Origin: Oscillospiraceae bacterium
GTDB taxonomy: Bacteria > Bacillota > Clostridia > Oscillospirales > Acutalibacteraceae
Direction of reading: 5' to 3'
Assembly (NCBI GenBank): GCA_015066225.1
Contig: SVOT01000005.1
Location: 4,498-68,497, forward strand
DNA length: 64,000 nucleotides
The notes under the pieces are model-generated. The model saw only the letters and a list, made by a program, of their open reading frames with translations. It was not told the origin of the DNA and did not search any database. Positions 26,453 to 36,976 of the stretch are shown here, piece after piece. The stretch's first letter is position 1; the number at the start of each line of letters is the position of its first letter. A program made the position numbers and the translations under genes.

Positions 26453-28607
26453 ACATGTTGCGAGAAAAGATGTTTTTGAGGGTTTGAGTATTTTTACCGC
26501 CCTTGTGATTATCGCAACGTCTATAACGCTTTTTATATACACCTTCGGCACGACTTACAAGGTTGGCGATACGCTCGTTTGCGAGCTGAGTGAGAGTTTA
26601 CGTATAGAATATGTTTCCCCAAGCTATAATTTTAGTGTTTCTGAAGCTGAAAGCTATACGCTTCTTGCCTTGGCGGGTGCCGTCACCTCTTTGCTGCAAT
26701 TCTCATTTGCACAAAGGAAGGATTATTGCCTGGCTCTTTTCAGCCATGCGGTTAAACGCAAAACCGTATTTTTAAACAGAATAAACATCCCCATAGCTTG
26801 TTTTTTTACAACGATCACAGCTTGTATGGTGGGTGCACTTGCCATCAACATTAATAAATTCGGCTTGTCACAAAAACTTATTTTGCTATTTTTTGAAGAA
26901 TATCTTTCTTTGCTTGCCGTTTTCATCTTTTCTTTCACCGCAGGTGTTTTCGGAAGCCTTTTAACAGGTAAAAGAATCGAAGCTGTTGCGGGTACACTGA
27001 GTATTGGATTGCTGCCGTTGGCTGTGGGATTCCTCACAGTAGCCGTACCCACCAACTTCCTTTACGGTTATACCCCAAATTATTACACCGAAAGCTTTGA
27101 ATATACTATAGGCAAAGCAGACCCCACAAGAATACTTTTATCGCAATTGGGTTATGGCGATTGGCACGAGCAATATTTTGTAGATGCAGAAATAGGTTAC
27201 CTTCCGATTCTTGGTGTTATTTTCGCTGTTTTTTGGATAACTGTCAGCGTGGCAACGCTCGCTTTTCTGCGCAGATATTTTGCAAAAAGCTTCAAGGTTG
27301 AGGAAATCGGTGCAAAAGGCAAAAACAAATTTATGGTCTTTGTAACCTCGCTCACCCTCCCCTTGGGCTTAGCCGCATATTTCACGGCATACGCAGGAAC
27401 ATATCACGTTTTTTCCCCCGTGAAAAAGCTGCTTATTTTCACCATAATCGGCACAGTTATTGCAATGCTGAGCGCACTTGGCTGCAACATTATTATTCAC
27501 TTTTCTTTCAAAAAGCTAAAAACAGGGCTTTTGGCCGCCGTTACGGTGTTGTGTGCCGTTGCCGTTGCTACCGTTATTTCTCTAACCGGTGTTTTCGGAA
27601 CATACTACACGCCCCCTGCAACAGAGGATATTGAGGAAGTTTATCTGACTATTCCATTTAATGAGTTTTTGAACGATCCCGACGGCAGTCTTTTTGAAAA
27701 CCAGGTTGCCTCACAGTGGCTTAACGGAATACCGGTTACAGACCCAAAGGATATTCAGACAATTTGTGACATACAAAAAACAATCGCAAAGAGCGGACCC
27801 GGTACCGTTGCAGGTGTTTTTGAGGTAAGATATACCTTAAAAAACGGCAACACAAAATACAGATCATTCAATTATTTAGACGAGAAATGCTTGGATAAAC
27901 TTTTTTCTCTTTGGGAGCTTGATACTGTTAAGGAATATTATAAAACCCTACTCTTGCCGGAAGAGAACAGCAACAAGGACGAATACACCCACGATGTTTG
28001 TGAATACACCGATGCGGGTGCAAATTTAACCATCATATCAAAATATGGTGTTGAAAATGTCGTTCTCGAAAAAATAACGGAAGCAGACTATCTGACTCTG
28101 AGAAAAGCGATATACAAAGACATTTGCGAAACATCAGGTGAAAAGTGGTTCAAGCCCGAAAAGAGCCAGCTTGGCACATTATCATTTTTGATATACATTG
28201 ATGAGGATTACTCGTCGGGCTGCTACTTCTACATTTCGGGTGATATGAAAAACACTATAAAGGTGCTAAAGGATACCGGTCTTTATGAATATTTTGAAAA
28301 AGGCAAGGAAATCAAAGAGATTTTCACAATCTCCACAAAGGATTGGTTTGAATATTCATTAAACAACTACCCCGAAACACATTCGCCATATTTCACCTAT
28401 GCCTCCTCGCTTTCAACAGTCTCGTTTTTCGATTATCAACCTGAATACAAAGATCCGCCGCCCATTAAAGAAATCAAAGGCTCTGATGAAATAAAAAAAG
28501 TTTTCGATTCCTGCTATAACGCATATTGCGTTCATAACGACGGCGACCTTGTATTTGTTAAATTTGCAGACGATACAACAATCGCTTACGTTATCCCGAA
28601 CAAATAA
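26424..28607 (+). CDS. polytopic membrane protein (putative ABC permease partner) with a large C-terminal soluble domain
   Basis: 727 aa. About 10 TM segments in the first ~400 aa, then a ~330-aa hydrophilic region with no family I recognise. Overlaps the ATPase gene. Confidence 0.5.
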   Translation: MKKSNLSLNKHVARKDVFEGLSIFTALVIIATSITLFIYTFGTTYKVGDTLVCELSESLRIEYVSPSYNFSVSEAESYTLLALAGAVTSLLQFSFAQRKDYCLALFSHAVKRKTVFLNRINIPIACFFTTITACMVGALAININKFGLSQKLILLFFEEYLSLLAVFIFSFTAGVFGSLLTGKRIEAVAGTLSIGLLPLAVGFLTVAVPTNFLYGYTPNYYTESFEYTIGKADPTRILLSQLGYGDWHEQYFVDAEIGYLPILGVIFAVFWITVSVATLAFLRRYFAKSFKVEEIGAKGKNKFMVFVTSLTLPLGLAAYFTAYAGTYHVFSPVKKLLIFTIIGTVIAMLSALGCNIIIHFSFKKLKTGLLAAVTVLCAVAVATVISLTGVFGTYYTPPATEDIEEVYLTIPFNEFLNDPDGSLFENQVASQWLNGIPVTDPKDIQTICDIQKTIAKSGPGTVAGVFEVRYTLKNGNTKYRSFNYLDEKCLDKLFSLWELDTVKEYYKTLLLPEENSNKDEYTHDVCEYTDAGANLTIISKYGVENVVLEKITEADYLTLRKAIYKDICETSGEKWFKPEKSQLGTLSFLIYIDEDYSSGCYFYISGDMKNTIKVLKDTGLYEYFEKGKEIKEIFTISTKDWFEYSLNNYPETHSPYFTYASSLSTVSFFDYQPEYKDPPPIKEIKGSDEIKKVFDSCYNAYCVHNDGDLVFVKFADDTTIAYVIPNK

Positions 28608-28631
28608 CAAGCGAATAACTCCTTTTCAAAA

Positions 28632-28676
28632 GAGGGAGCCCAACCAAAATTGGTTGGGCTCCCTCACTTTTTATTT
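28632..28676 (+). terminator. bidirectional rho-independent terminator
   Basis: Hairpin GAGGGAGCCCAACCA/TGGTTGGGCTCCCTC flanked by A- and T-runs, between convergent genes. Confidence 0.75.
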
Positions 28677-29960
28677 TTATTCTGCTGAGGTTATATCCGG
28701 AATTTCAAGTATCCCGTCGGCTATGCCTGTTTCAAGCTCCTCCACGCCTTTGAGCTTTTTCTGAATAATATCATTTCTGTGGCGTGCTTCGTCAAGGCTC
28801 TTGCCTGCCTCATCGATTTTTTTGCGTGCCTTTTCAAGGACATTGCCAAAGGTTTCATACTGTGTCTTTGCCGCCGCAAGCAGCTTTCTTACCTCGTCGG
28901 CTTTTTCGTTGATTGCCATAGCCTTGAAGCCCATTGCAAAGGAGTTAAGAAGCGCCGTTATTGTTGACGGACCCGCCACCATAACGTTTTGCGCCTGAAG
29001 CTTTTCTGCAATGCCGGATTTTGAGGATGCTATTTCTGCATAAAGCCCCTCGGTTGCAAGGTAAAGAACTGCAAATGGAGTTGTTTTTGGAACAACGATA
29101 TATTTCTTTATATCCTTTGCCTCTGCAAGAACTCTGTCTTCAAGGGCTTTTCTTGCCGCCTTGAGAGCGTCGGGGTCGGCTCTGTCTGCCGCCTCGCATA
29201 CTCTGACATAATCCTCAAGGGGAAATTTGGAGTCGATTGGCAAATAGATATCCTCACCGCTTTTGTCACTATTGGGGAATCTTATTGCAAACTCAACGTG
29301 CTCACTGTTGTTTTTTGGTGAATAGTTTTTAACGTAGAGCCCCGGGATTGTCTGGTCAAGAATCGCCTCAAGCTGAACCTCTGCCCAGGTGCCTCGTGCC
29401 TTAACATTTGAAAGAATTCTGTTAAGAGAGGTTACGTTGGATGTAACTCCCTGTGAAAGCTCTTTCATTTCGCCGAGAGATTTATAAACGTTTTCGAGCT
29501 GTTCAGAAACAGTCTTGAATGAGGAGTTGAGCCTTGTTGTGAGAGTCTGTGTAAGCTTTTCGTCAACTGTAAGACGCATTTCTTCAAGCTTTTTCTCGTT
29601 GCTCTCCTGCATTTTCGAAATAGATTCGCTGACTGCTTTAGACTGCCTTTCTGCACTTTGAAAATTCTGCTCCTGAATTGACTTGAGGGAGGCAGAGATT
29701 TTCTCACTCATATCAATTCTGCTCTGGTAGTTTTCTTTCACCATTGTGCTGAGCTTTTCTTCAATTTTACCGAGGGCTGCATTTGTTTCTTCACGGGTTT
29801 CTCTGCCGGAGCGTGCCATTTCTTCACGGTTACGGCGAAATTCCTCATAAATTGCATCGTTATTTTTGCTTTTCTTCAAAGAAAGAACAAGAACAATGCA
29901 AACAATTGAAAGTGCAACAGTCAGCGCACCGAATAATATAATTAATGTTTCTGTATTCAT
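28677..29960 (-). CDS. rmuC: DNA recombination protein RmuC
   Basis: N-terminal TM, long coiled-coil, conserved block ARGTWAEVQLEAILDQ, 427 aa. Confidence 0.85.
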   Translation of the reverse strand: MNTETLIILFGALTVALSIVCIVLVLSLKKSKNNDAIYEEFRRNREEMARSGRETREETNAALGKIEEKLSTMVKENYQSRIDMSEKISASLKSIQEQNFQSAERQSKAVSESISKMQESNEKKLEEMRLTVDEKLTQTLTTRLNSSFKTVSEQLENVYKSLGEMKELSQGVTSNVTSLNRILSNVKARGTWAEVQLEAILDQTIPGLYVKNYSPKNNSEHVEFAIRFPNSDKSGEDIYLPIDSKFPLEDYVRVCEAADRADPDALKAARKALEDRVLAEAKDIKKYIVVPKTTPFAVLYLATEGLYAEIASSKSGIAEKLQAQNVMVAGPSTITALLNSFAMGFKAMAINEKADEVRKLLAAAKTQYETFGNVLEKARKKIDEAGKSLDEARHRNDIIQKKLKGVEELETGIADGILEIPDITSAE

Positions 29961-29976
29961 GATACTCCTTTATTTA

Positions 29977-30029
29977 AGTGGCAAGTTAGAAGTTGCAAGT
30001 GGCAAGTTTCGGGGCGCTTTGCGCCGATT
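29977..30029 (+). repeat. TR copy (element E3)
   Basis: AGTGGCAAG TTAGAAG TTGCAAG TGGCAAG TTTCGGG GCGCTTTGCGCC GATT. It starts 17 nt upstream of the rmuC start codon, on the opposite strand. Confidence 0.8.
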
Positions 30030-30044
30030 ATAATTGGTATATTA

Positions 30045-30329
30045 CAGGTTTGCGGAATTGTGAAGCAACGCTGTACAAAGGTACTGCAAGCTGAACAAAA
30101 CACAAAGATTGCTTATTTTAAAAAACCATAAAGAATTTTCTTAGATTGCGTCAGGTTCGTGGCTTTGTGAAACGCAGGCGTACAAAGGTACATCAAGTTG
30201 AACAACCCACAAAATGCTGCAACGTATAGAATTTTCTTAGATTGTAGCAGGTTTGCGGAATTGTGAAGCGACGCTGTACAAAGGTACTGCGAGCTGAACA
30301 AAACGCAAAGATGCTGCAATATAAGGAAA
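30045..30329. repeat. three tandem direct repeats of about 96-107 bp
   Basis: Units begin at 30045, 30152 and 30248 (CAGGTTTGCGGAATTGTGAAGC.ACGCTGTACAAAGGTACTGC.AGCTGAACAAAAC.CAAAGA..). Units 1 and 3 are near identical and unit 2 is diverged. Confidence 0.8.
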
Positions 30330-31829
30330 TTATTCCCAGTTGCGTGAACGGTCTACTGCTTTATGCCAACCATTTATCATCTTTTCTCTTGAATCGTTAT
30401 CGATTGCGGGGACAAAAATGCGGTCAACCTCACGAACACGCTCGATTTCGTCAAAATCCTTCCAGAAGCCAACGGCAAGACCTGCCATATAGGCGGCACC
30501 GAGAGCGGTTGTTTCAACAAGCTTTGGTCTGTTGACCTTAGATGAAATAAGGTTTGATTGAATCTGAAGAAGAATGTTGCTGACAGATGCACCGCCGTCA
30601 ACTCTCATTTCGCTGAGAAGAATGCCACTGTCTTTGGACATTGCGTCCACAAGGTCGGTTACCTGATAGGCGATGCTTTCAAGCACCGCTCTTGCAAAGT
30701 GGGCGCGGTTAACGCCTCTTGTAAGGCCAACAATACATCCCCTTGCGTACATATCCCAATAGGGTGCACCAAGACCCGTGAAGGCGGGCACAAGATATAT
30801 ACCGTTTGCATCCCTTACGCTTTCTGCAAGAAAATCACATTCGCTGGGCTCGGAAATAAGGCGGAGCTCGTCACGGAGCCATTTGATAACAGAGCCCGCA
30901 TTGAATGCACTGCCCTCAAGGTCATAGGTAACCTTGCCGTTTATTCCCCAAGCGATGCCTTCAATAAGGTTATTTTTTGAGCGGATGCGCTTTTCACCCG
31001 TATTCATAAGAAGGAAACAGCCTGTGCCGTATGTATTTTTTGCCTGACCCGCATTGAAGCAAGCCTGACCGAAAAGAGCCGCCTGCTGGTCACCGATTGC
31101 ACCCGAAATGGGAACACCGGCAAGCTCTTTGAGACCGGGTACATCGTCGGAAACGTAGCCGTAAACGGAGCTACATTCCCTCACCTCGGGGAGAATACTC
31201 ATCGGTATGCCCAGCTCGTTGCAAAGATGCTCATCCCAGCAAAGCTTTTCAATATCGAAAAGCATTGTTCTTGCGGCGTTACTGTAATCTGTGACGTGAA
31301 CCTGTTTGTTGGTGAGGTTCCAGATAAGCCACGTTTCAACAGTACCGAAAAGGAGCTTGCCATCAAGGGCAAGTGTTCTTGCCTCAGGAACATTGTCAAG
31401 AATCCATTTTATTTTTGTTGCGCTGAAATATGCATCAATAAGAAGACCTGTGTGCTCTTTTACATAGTCCTCAAGGCCATCTGCTTTGAGCTTTTCACAG
31501 ATGGGTGCCGTTCTGCGACACTGCCACACAATAGCATTGTAAACAGGCTTGCCTGTGTCTTTATCCCAAAGAATGGTTGTTTCGCGCTGGTTTGTGATGC
31601 CGATTGCGGCAATTTCTTTGGGGTCAATTTTGCCGTTTATGAGTGCCATGGAAAGGGAGCGAAGCTGTGAATCAAGAATTTCATAGGGGTTGTGCTCCAC
31701 CCAGCCTGTTTTAGGATAAATCTGTTCAAATTCAAACTGAGCCTTAGATACTATTCTGCCTTTTTTGTCAAAAACTATAGTTCTTGAGCTTGTTGTGCCC
31801 TGGTCAAGGGCGAGAACATATTTTTTCAT
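30330..31829 (-). CDS. glpK: glycerol kinase
   Basis: The start [24 protein letters not shown] and the FGGY family blocks are present. 499 aa. Confidence 0.9.
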   Translation of the reverse strand: MKKYVLALDQGTTSSRTIVFDKKGRIVSKAQFEFEQIYPKTGWVEHNPYEILDSQLRSLSMALINGKIDPKEIAAIGITNQRETTILWDKDTGKPVYNAIVWQCRRTAPICEKLKADGLEDYVKEHTGLLIDAYFSATKIKWILDNVPEARTLALDGKLLFGTVETWLIWNLTNKQVHVTDYSNAARTMLFDIEKLCWDEHLCNELGIPMSILPEVRECSSVYGYVSDDVPGLKELAGVPISGAIGDQQAALFGQACFNAGQAKNTYGTGCFLLMNTGEKRIRSKNNLIEGIAWGINGKVTYDLEGSAFNAGSVIKWLRDELRLISEPSECDFLAESVRDANGIYLVPAFTGLGAPYWDMYARGCIVGLTRGVNRAHFARAVLESIAYQVTDLVDAMSKDSGILLSEMRVDGGASVSNILLQIQSNLISSKVNRPKLVETTALGAAYMAGLAVGFWKDFDEIERVREVDRIFVPAIDNDSREKMINGWHKAVDRSRNWE

Positions 31830-31844
31830 TTTGATCCCCCTGTT

Positions 31845-32900
31845 TTATTGAGCTGTTTCCCATTGGAAATCGGTGTATTCTATCGCGTGTGTTTTTGAAA
31901 AGCACACATCCTTAACCTTTGCAAGACCGGAAAATGAATTTGTTTTTACAGTGGCATCTGAAACGTACATTTCTGACTCATACTCAATTTTATAAGAAAT
32001 AACATCTCCGTTTGCACCGTCAAGAACAAGTGTAAGTACACAGTTTTTGAATTCACGAAGCATTTCTGCATCTACTGCGTCGCTGTCAAGAAGCTTAACA
32101 AGCGTGCTGTTTGTTTCATCAAGCATTATTTCGGTATTGAGAACCTTTGAATATGAGGACTGTGTTACACCCTCAATCTCAGTGTCGGCAAGTGCAACCT
32201 TGAGGGTAAGCTCACCCGATTCTTTATCGTAGCTTGCCTTGACACCGTGAAGGTCACTTACAGAAAGCTTTGATACATAAGGCGAGCCTTCAATAGACAT
32301 AAGGCTGTAGTTCTGGCTACCGTTATTTATATTTGTTGTAACGAATTCATCGTCCTCTGAAATGATAATATCCTGTATCAAGCCGGCAACAGCACTTGAT
32401 GCCGTGCCGAAGTTTATACCGATAAATTCAACCTCACCCATTTCGAAGCCTGTAAGCTGGTCATCCTCGGTCTTTATGAATGAAACAGCATAGCCGTTTT
32501 CTTCGGTTTTTATTCTGTTGAGGTAGGTGTTGAACATTGCAACAACAGTTTCTTCATCTAAATTAAGGTCGTCCTGACATTCGAATCCGTCAAACGCACC
32601 CGAGGGCTGAAGGCTCAGGGTGCCCGTTGCACCTCTGAGAATCTGGCGGGCATCGAAAAGTGTGATTTCGCCGTCGCCGTTGATATCTGCACGTTCAAAG
32701 GCTTCGCTGTCGTCGATTGTTTCAATGCCTGCAACAACGTTGAGAACAGCCTTTGCATCGTTTGTATCCACTTTTTTGTCGCCGTTGACGTCGCCGTAGA
32801 GAAAGCTCGCCTCATAAACCGCCGAGGCGGGAACACTCATTGACAAGGCAACAACAAGAAGAGAAAGAATAACAAGTGTTGATATAACCTTTTTTGCCAT
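31845..32900 (-). CDS. secreted dockerin-containing protein of unknown function
   Basis: A signal peptide is followed by two dockerin Ca-binding repeats, DVNGDKKVDTNDA and DINGDGEITLFDA. I did not recognise the remaining ~250 aa. Confidence 0.7.
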   Translation of the reverse strand: MAKKVISTLVILSLLVVALSMSVPASAVYEASFLYGDVNGDKKVDTNDAKAVLNVVAGIETIDDSEAFERADINGDGEITLFDARQILRGATGTLSLQPSGAFDGFECQDDLNLDEETVVAMFNTYLNRIKTEENGYAVSFIKTEDDQLTGFEMGEVEFIGINFGTASSAVAGLIQDIIISEDDEFVTTNINNGSQNYSLMSIEGSPYVSKLSVSDLHGVKASYDKESGELTLKVALADTEIEGVTQSSYSKVLNTEIMLDETNSTLVKLLDSDAVDAEMLREFKNCVLTLVLDGANGDVISYKIEYESEMYVSDATVKTNSFSGLAKVKDVCFSKTHAIEYTDFQWETAQ

Positions 32901-32903
32901 GAA

Positions 32904-33725
32904 TCAAACCTCCTTTATGGCATTGTAAATATCTTTTACCGAATCAAGGATATAATCCGGTTTAACGTCGCTGTTTTTATAATCCTCCATTGTGGTTTCG
33001 CCCGACAAAACAAGCACAGACGTTACCCCTGCATTTATGCCTGTTTTAACATCGGTATAAATTCTGTCGCCCACCATAGCAATATTCTCATATGGAACAT
33101 TCTCTGCTTTTGCGAGAATATCAATCATTGTGCGATCAGGCTTGCCGAGGAAAACGGGGCGCCTTTTCACCGCATTTTCAAACATATCGGCAAAGCTGCC
33201 GCAATCGGGCAAATATCTGCCACCCTCAATGGGGCAAACCATATCGATATTTGTTGCGTAATAGTCTGCGCCACCGTCAAGAAGGTCACACACTATACGG
33301 ATTTTTTTGTAATCGAGCTCGGTGTCGTAGCCCAAAAGAACTGTATCGGCACCAACACCATCCTCACTTATATTCACACCGTATTTTTTAAGCTCCGCCC
33401 TGAGAGATTCTGTTCCGCAAACAAAAACGAGGGAATCCTTTTTTCTTTCCTGCAGGAACATTCCCGCCGCCATACCCGATGTGAAAACGTTTTCTTTTTC
33501 ACAGGGAAAGCCCAGTGAACGCATCTTTTCAACGTAATCGTTGGCATTTCGTGAGGAGTTATTGGTAAGAAAAATATAATTTTTTCCCTGTTCCTTTAAG
33601 GTACAAAGAAACTCCTTTGCACCGTCAATAGTGTCGTAGCCTAGATTTACGGTTCCGTCCATATCCAATAAAAACAAAGTGATATTTTTTAAATCTGCCA
33701 TAATATTACCTGCCGTAAAGTTCAT
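32904..33725 (-). CDS. HAD-IIA family hydrolase (NagD-like sugar phosphatase)
   Basis: FLLDMDGTV motif I and GDRIYTDV motif IV. The start could instead be ATG 33701. Confidence 0.7.
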   Translation of the reverse strand: MNFTAGNIMADLKNITLFLLDMDGTVNLGYDTIDGAKEFLCTLKEQGKNYIFLTNNSSRNANDYVEKMRSLGFPCEKENVFTSGMAAGMFLQERKKDSLVFVCGTESLRAELKKYGVNISEDGVGADTVLLGYDTELDYKKIRIVCDLLDGGADYYATNIDMVCPIEGGRYLPDCGSFADMFENAVKRRPVFLGKPDRTMIDILAKAENVPYENIAMVGDRIYTDVKTGINAGVTSVLVLSGETTMEDYKNSDVKPDYILDSVKDIYNAIKEV

Positions 33726-35139
33726 TCAAATCCTTGAAATAGTTTTTGTCAATCAAATCAAGCTGGCTTTTTGTTATTCTGTAAAGCCAATTACCCTCTG
33801 CCCTGCCGGGAACGTTGAGTCGGGTGTCACTTCCGTAGCCCAACAAATCCTGAATAGGGAATATTGTAAGACCCGCCGCACTACCCATAATGGTTTTTAT
33901 TATTGCACGGCAACCGTCCTCATTCCACCTGTCTTCGTTACAGGAGCAATAACGCATAATGCCCTTTTTAACATCCATTGGTGTTTCCCAAAGGTAACCG
34001 AGAAGCGTGTTATTGTCGTGGGTGCCGGAATATGCAACACAGTTATTTACGTAGTTATGAGGCTTGTGGGGTGTGTCACCGCCGAAAAAGCCGAATTGGA
34101 ATACTCGCATACCGGGGAATCCGCTTTCCTCCACAAGCTCATAGACTTCTTTTGTTATATCGCCCAAATCCTCGGCAATAATGAGCTTGTCACCTGCTAC
34201 AGCTTTGATTGCGTTAATAAGCTTCATACCCGGGCCCTTTATCCATCTGCCCTCTTTGGCTGTTTCGGCATCACCCTTTACCGCCCAAAAGCTCTCAAAA
34301 GCTCTGAAGTGGTCTATTCTGACACCATCGAAAAGGTTAAGTGCTAAAGAAATTCTGTCTTTCCACCAGGAATAATCGGTTCTTTCCATTTCAGCCCAAT
34401 CATAAAGGGGATTACCCCAAAGCTGACCATCCTCTGCAAAATAATCCGGGGGAACGCCCGCAACATCGGTCATTTTGTTATTATCGTCAAGCATAAAAAG
34501 GCTTTTATCAAAATAGACATCGGCTGAATCATAGGAAACATAAATCGGTATATCGCCGATTATGCCAATACCCTTGGAGCTTGCATAGCTTTTAATTTCC
34601 GCCCATTGACTAAAGAACATATACTGAATAAAACGCCAACCAAACTCTGTTTCGCCGTCGTACTCTTCGCTTTGCCACATCGTCCATGGGAGGTCTTCGT
34701 TTTTTGTTTTAAGCGCCATAAAAACGCAGAAGTCTTTTAAATATTTATTGGAATCAATAAAGCGGTTGATTTTTTCACGGAGCTCGCCCCCCGCTCTTTT
34801 AGAGGCTTCAGTAAGAAGCTTTACCCTTTCTTCGACAAGCTTCGGAAATTCACAATAATAAGGTGTTGACTGGCGTGCACTGTTTAATTCGTCGGAAGTG
34901 ATGAGTCCCTTTTCAAAAAGGTCTGTTAAATCGACAAAATAGGGGTTACCGCCGAAGGTTGAATATGATTTATACGGAGAATTACATTCATCTACCAAGC
35001 CGAAGGGCAAAACCTGCCAATATGAAAAGCCACAGGAAGAAAGAAAATCTATAAACTCCTTTGCTTCTTTACCAAAGCTGCCGCAGGAATACTCCCCCCA
35101 TAAGGAGGAAATATGCATAAGCACTCCGCTTTTTCGTTC
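33706..35139 (-). CDS. malQ: 4-alpha-glucanotransferase (amylomaltase)
   Basis: Start MERKSGVLMHISSLWGEY and GH77 blocks (RIDHFRAF, GDIPIYVSYDSADV). ATG 35139 with AGGTGA RBS. Confidence 0.85.
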   Translation of the reverse strand, partial: ERKSGVLMHISSLWGEYSCGSFGKEAKEFIDFLSSCGFSYWQVLPFGLVDECNSPYKSYSTFGGNPYFVDLTDLFEKGLITSDELNSARQSTPYYCEFPKLVEERVKLLTEASKRAGGELREKINRFIDSNKYLKDFCVFMALKTKNEDLPWTMWQSEEYDGETEFGWRFIQYMFFSQWAEIKSYASSKGIGIIGDIPIYVSYDSADVYFDKSLFMLDDNNKMTDVAGVPPDYFAEDGQLWGNPLYDWAEMERTDYSWWKDRISLALNLFDGVRIDHFRAFESFWAVKGDAETAKEGRWIKGPGMKLINAIKAVAGDKLIIAEDLGDITKEVYELVEESGFPGMRVFQFGFFGGDTPHKPHNYVNNCVAYSGTHDNNTLLGYLWETPMDVKKGIMRYCSCNEDRWNEDGCRAIIKTIMGSAAGLTIFPIQDLLGYGSDTRLNVPGRAEGNWLYRITKSQLDLIDKNYFKDLNELYGR

Positions 35140-35317
35140 CATAAAAATCACCTTTCAGGGCATAATTACACATATACAATAGTATATCATATTTTCAACA
35201 TTCTTGTAAATAGACAAAGAGCCAAAACACTTATTACATTTCTGTTTAGAATGACAAAATAAAAAGGTGCTTTCCATTCAGGAAAGCACCCAAAATACAT
35301 ATTAATTATGCGGCAGA

Positions 35318-36907
35318 TTACAAGGAGTTGATGAGATCCATATAAGCATTTACAAATGCTGAACCGGCTGTATCGCAAATAACGTTGATTTCTTCGTTCT
35401 CTGTGAACATTGAGTGATACTCGTTATCTCTGAGAACGTAACCCGCCTGGTCATTTGTAAGACCGAATACCATTACGTTTTCGCAAGGTGTGAGGTCTTT
35501 GATGTCGGGATATTCCCACTCTGTGCCGGACCAAGAAGCACTGCCTGATTCAGGACCGCCGTAGAAGAGGATGGGGTCAAATTCACCGGGAGCAAGGAAG
35601 ATAGCTACCTCGTTACCCAATTCCATATAACCGATTTCGGTAATCATCTGATAATCGTCATCAGTTTTAACGATAACGGGGTTAAGAACATCTTCACGGG
35701 CAGCAAGAGTGAGGATTTCGTTTGTTACGTCAAGACGAACCTCCTGCATTCTTACATTGAGAACGGGGTCAAGCTTAACGTCGTTATTAATAGCGATGAC
35801 TCTGTTTGCAACTGTTTCGCCATAAATTCTCATTCTATCGATACCGTCGATATCTTCGGGGAGATTAAGTGTATCACAATCTGTTGTGATAGCAAGCTCT
35901 GCACCCTGAACGTAAACAACGTTTGCACCTACAGTTTCGCGAATGGTTTTTTCAATGTAGTAGGGGAAGTCTGCTGTGAGTTCATCGGGACCGGCACCAA
36001 GCATTGTGCAATGGATGCCTGCTTCAAGAATCCATGTTTCATTCAAGCCGTCTTCAGGAACAAAGCGAAGTCTGTTGATGTTGGGGTCAATCGCCTGAGG
36101 ATCACGTTTGTCGTAAATTAATTCGCCGATGTCTGCTGTGCCGTAGTAAAGGTCACCCTTTTTCATATTAACGACAGCTTTTTTCATTGAATTAACTGTT
36201 TTCTGATAAAGATTCTCCATAAAGTGCTCGTTCTTCTGGATTTTAAGCTCATCAAGAAGACCGCCTGTTGCAGCGTTACCTGTGTTGAGGATAAGAGCGG
36301 GAGCAAGAGGAACGTTCATACCGAGAGTATCGATACAGGAATGCTGATGAAGAACGGAAACGTTAACAGCAACAATGCCGTATTTCTCAGCAAAATCTGC
36401 CAATCTCGAACGGATTTCCTGCACGTCGCCTCTGGAAAAGCCGAAGCCGTCGATAACTGCATGAAGAACAATACCGCTAAGACCGTCGCTGATTGCGAAC
36501 ACACGAACTCTCTGGTCGTCAAGAACCTTTGTGGGCACACGGCCAACGATGGGTTCAAGTGTACCTGCGAGATAGTAGTCGCCATCAAGGGGCTCAATGC
36601 CTTCAAGAAGAGATGCTCCTGCGTAGCCAACCTCCCAGTTTGCATCGGGGTTAACTTCTCTGTCGAACTCTGCTTCGCCCTCATAGAAGTTTTCGGGCAC
36701 GTAGCCATCGTCAGTTACCCATTTATCCTCATAACCCGGCCAGAACTGGTTGAGATATGTGAGAACAAATGAAATAAGCTTATCAATTAATGTGTTGAAA
36801 ATGTTTTCGATGTTGAAGCTCGCAACGTCAGCCGCGCTAACGGGAACTGCAACTGCCGAAAAGGCAATAATAAGTGATAAAACTATTGCCAATACCTTTT
36901 TTGACAT
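35318..36907 (-). CDS. secreted protein, possibly a neutral ceramidase-like N-terminal domain hydrolase
   Basis: Signal peptide ending VSAAD. The block VRVFAISDG..VLHAVIDGFGFSRGDVQEIR...NVSVLHQHSCIDTLG is reminiscent of the ceramidase_alk N-domain. This is a weak call from memory. Confidence 0.35.
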   Translation of the reverse strand: MSKKVLAIVLSLIIAFSAVAVPVSAADVASFNIENIFNTLIDKLISFVLTYLNQFWPGYEDKWVTDDGYVPENFYEGEAEFDREVNPDANWEVGYAGASLLEGIEPLDGDYYLAGTLEPIVGRVPTKVLDDQRVRVFAISDGLSGIVLHAVIDGFGFSRGDVQEIRSRLADFAEKYGIVAVNVSVLHQHSCIDTLGMNVPLAPALILNTGNAATGGLLDELKIQKNEHFMENLYQKTVNSMKKAVVNMKKGDLYYGTADIGELIYDKRDPQAIDPNINRLRFVPEDGLNETWILEAGIHCTMLGAGPDELTADFPYYIEKTIRETVGANVVYVQGAELAITTDCDTLNLPEDIDGIDRMRIYGETVANRVIAINNDVKLDPVLNVRMQEVRLDVTNEILTLAAREDVLNPVIVKTDDDYQMITEIGYMELGNEVAIFLAPGEFDPILFYGGPESGSASWSGTEWEYPDIKDLTPCENVMVFGLTNDQAGYVLRDNEYHSMFTENEEINVICDTAGSAFVNAYMDLINSL

Positions 36908-36976
36908 AGGTACTCCTCCTATACATAATTATACGATTTGATTATATAACTTTTTTCACAGATAATCAACAATTAA

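Noticed and set aside
30113-30319. 68-aa minus-strand ORF with an internal repeat
   Set aside because: It is produced by translating the tandem DNA repeats. It has no RBS and a low-complexity, repeat-mirroring sequence.
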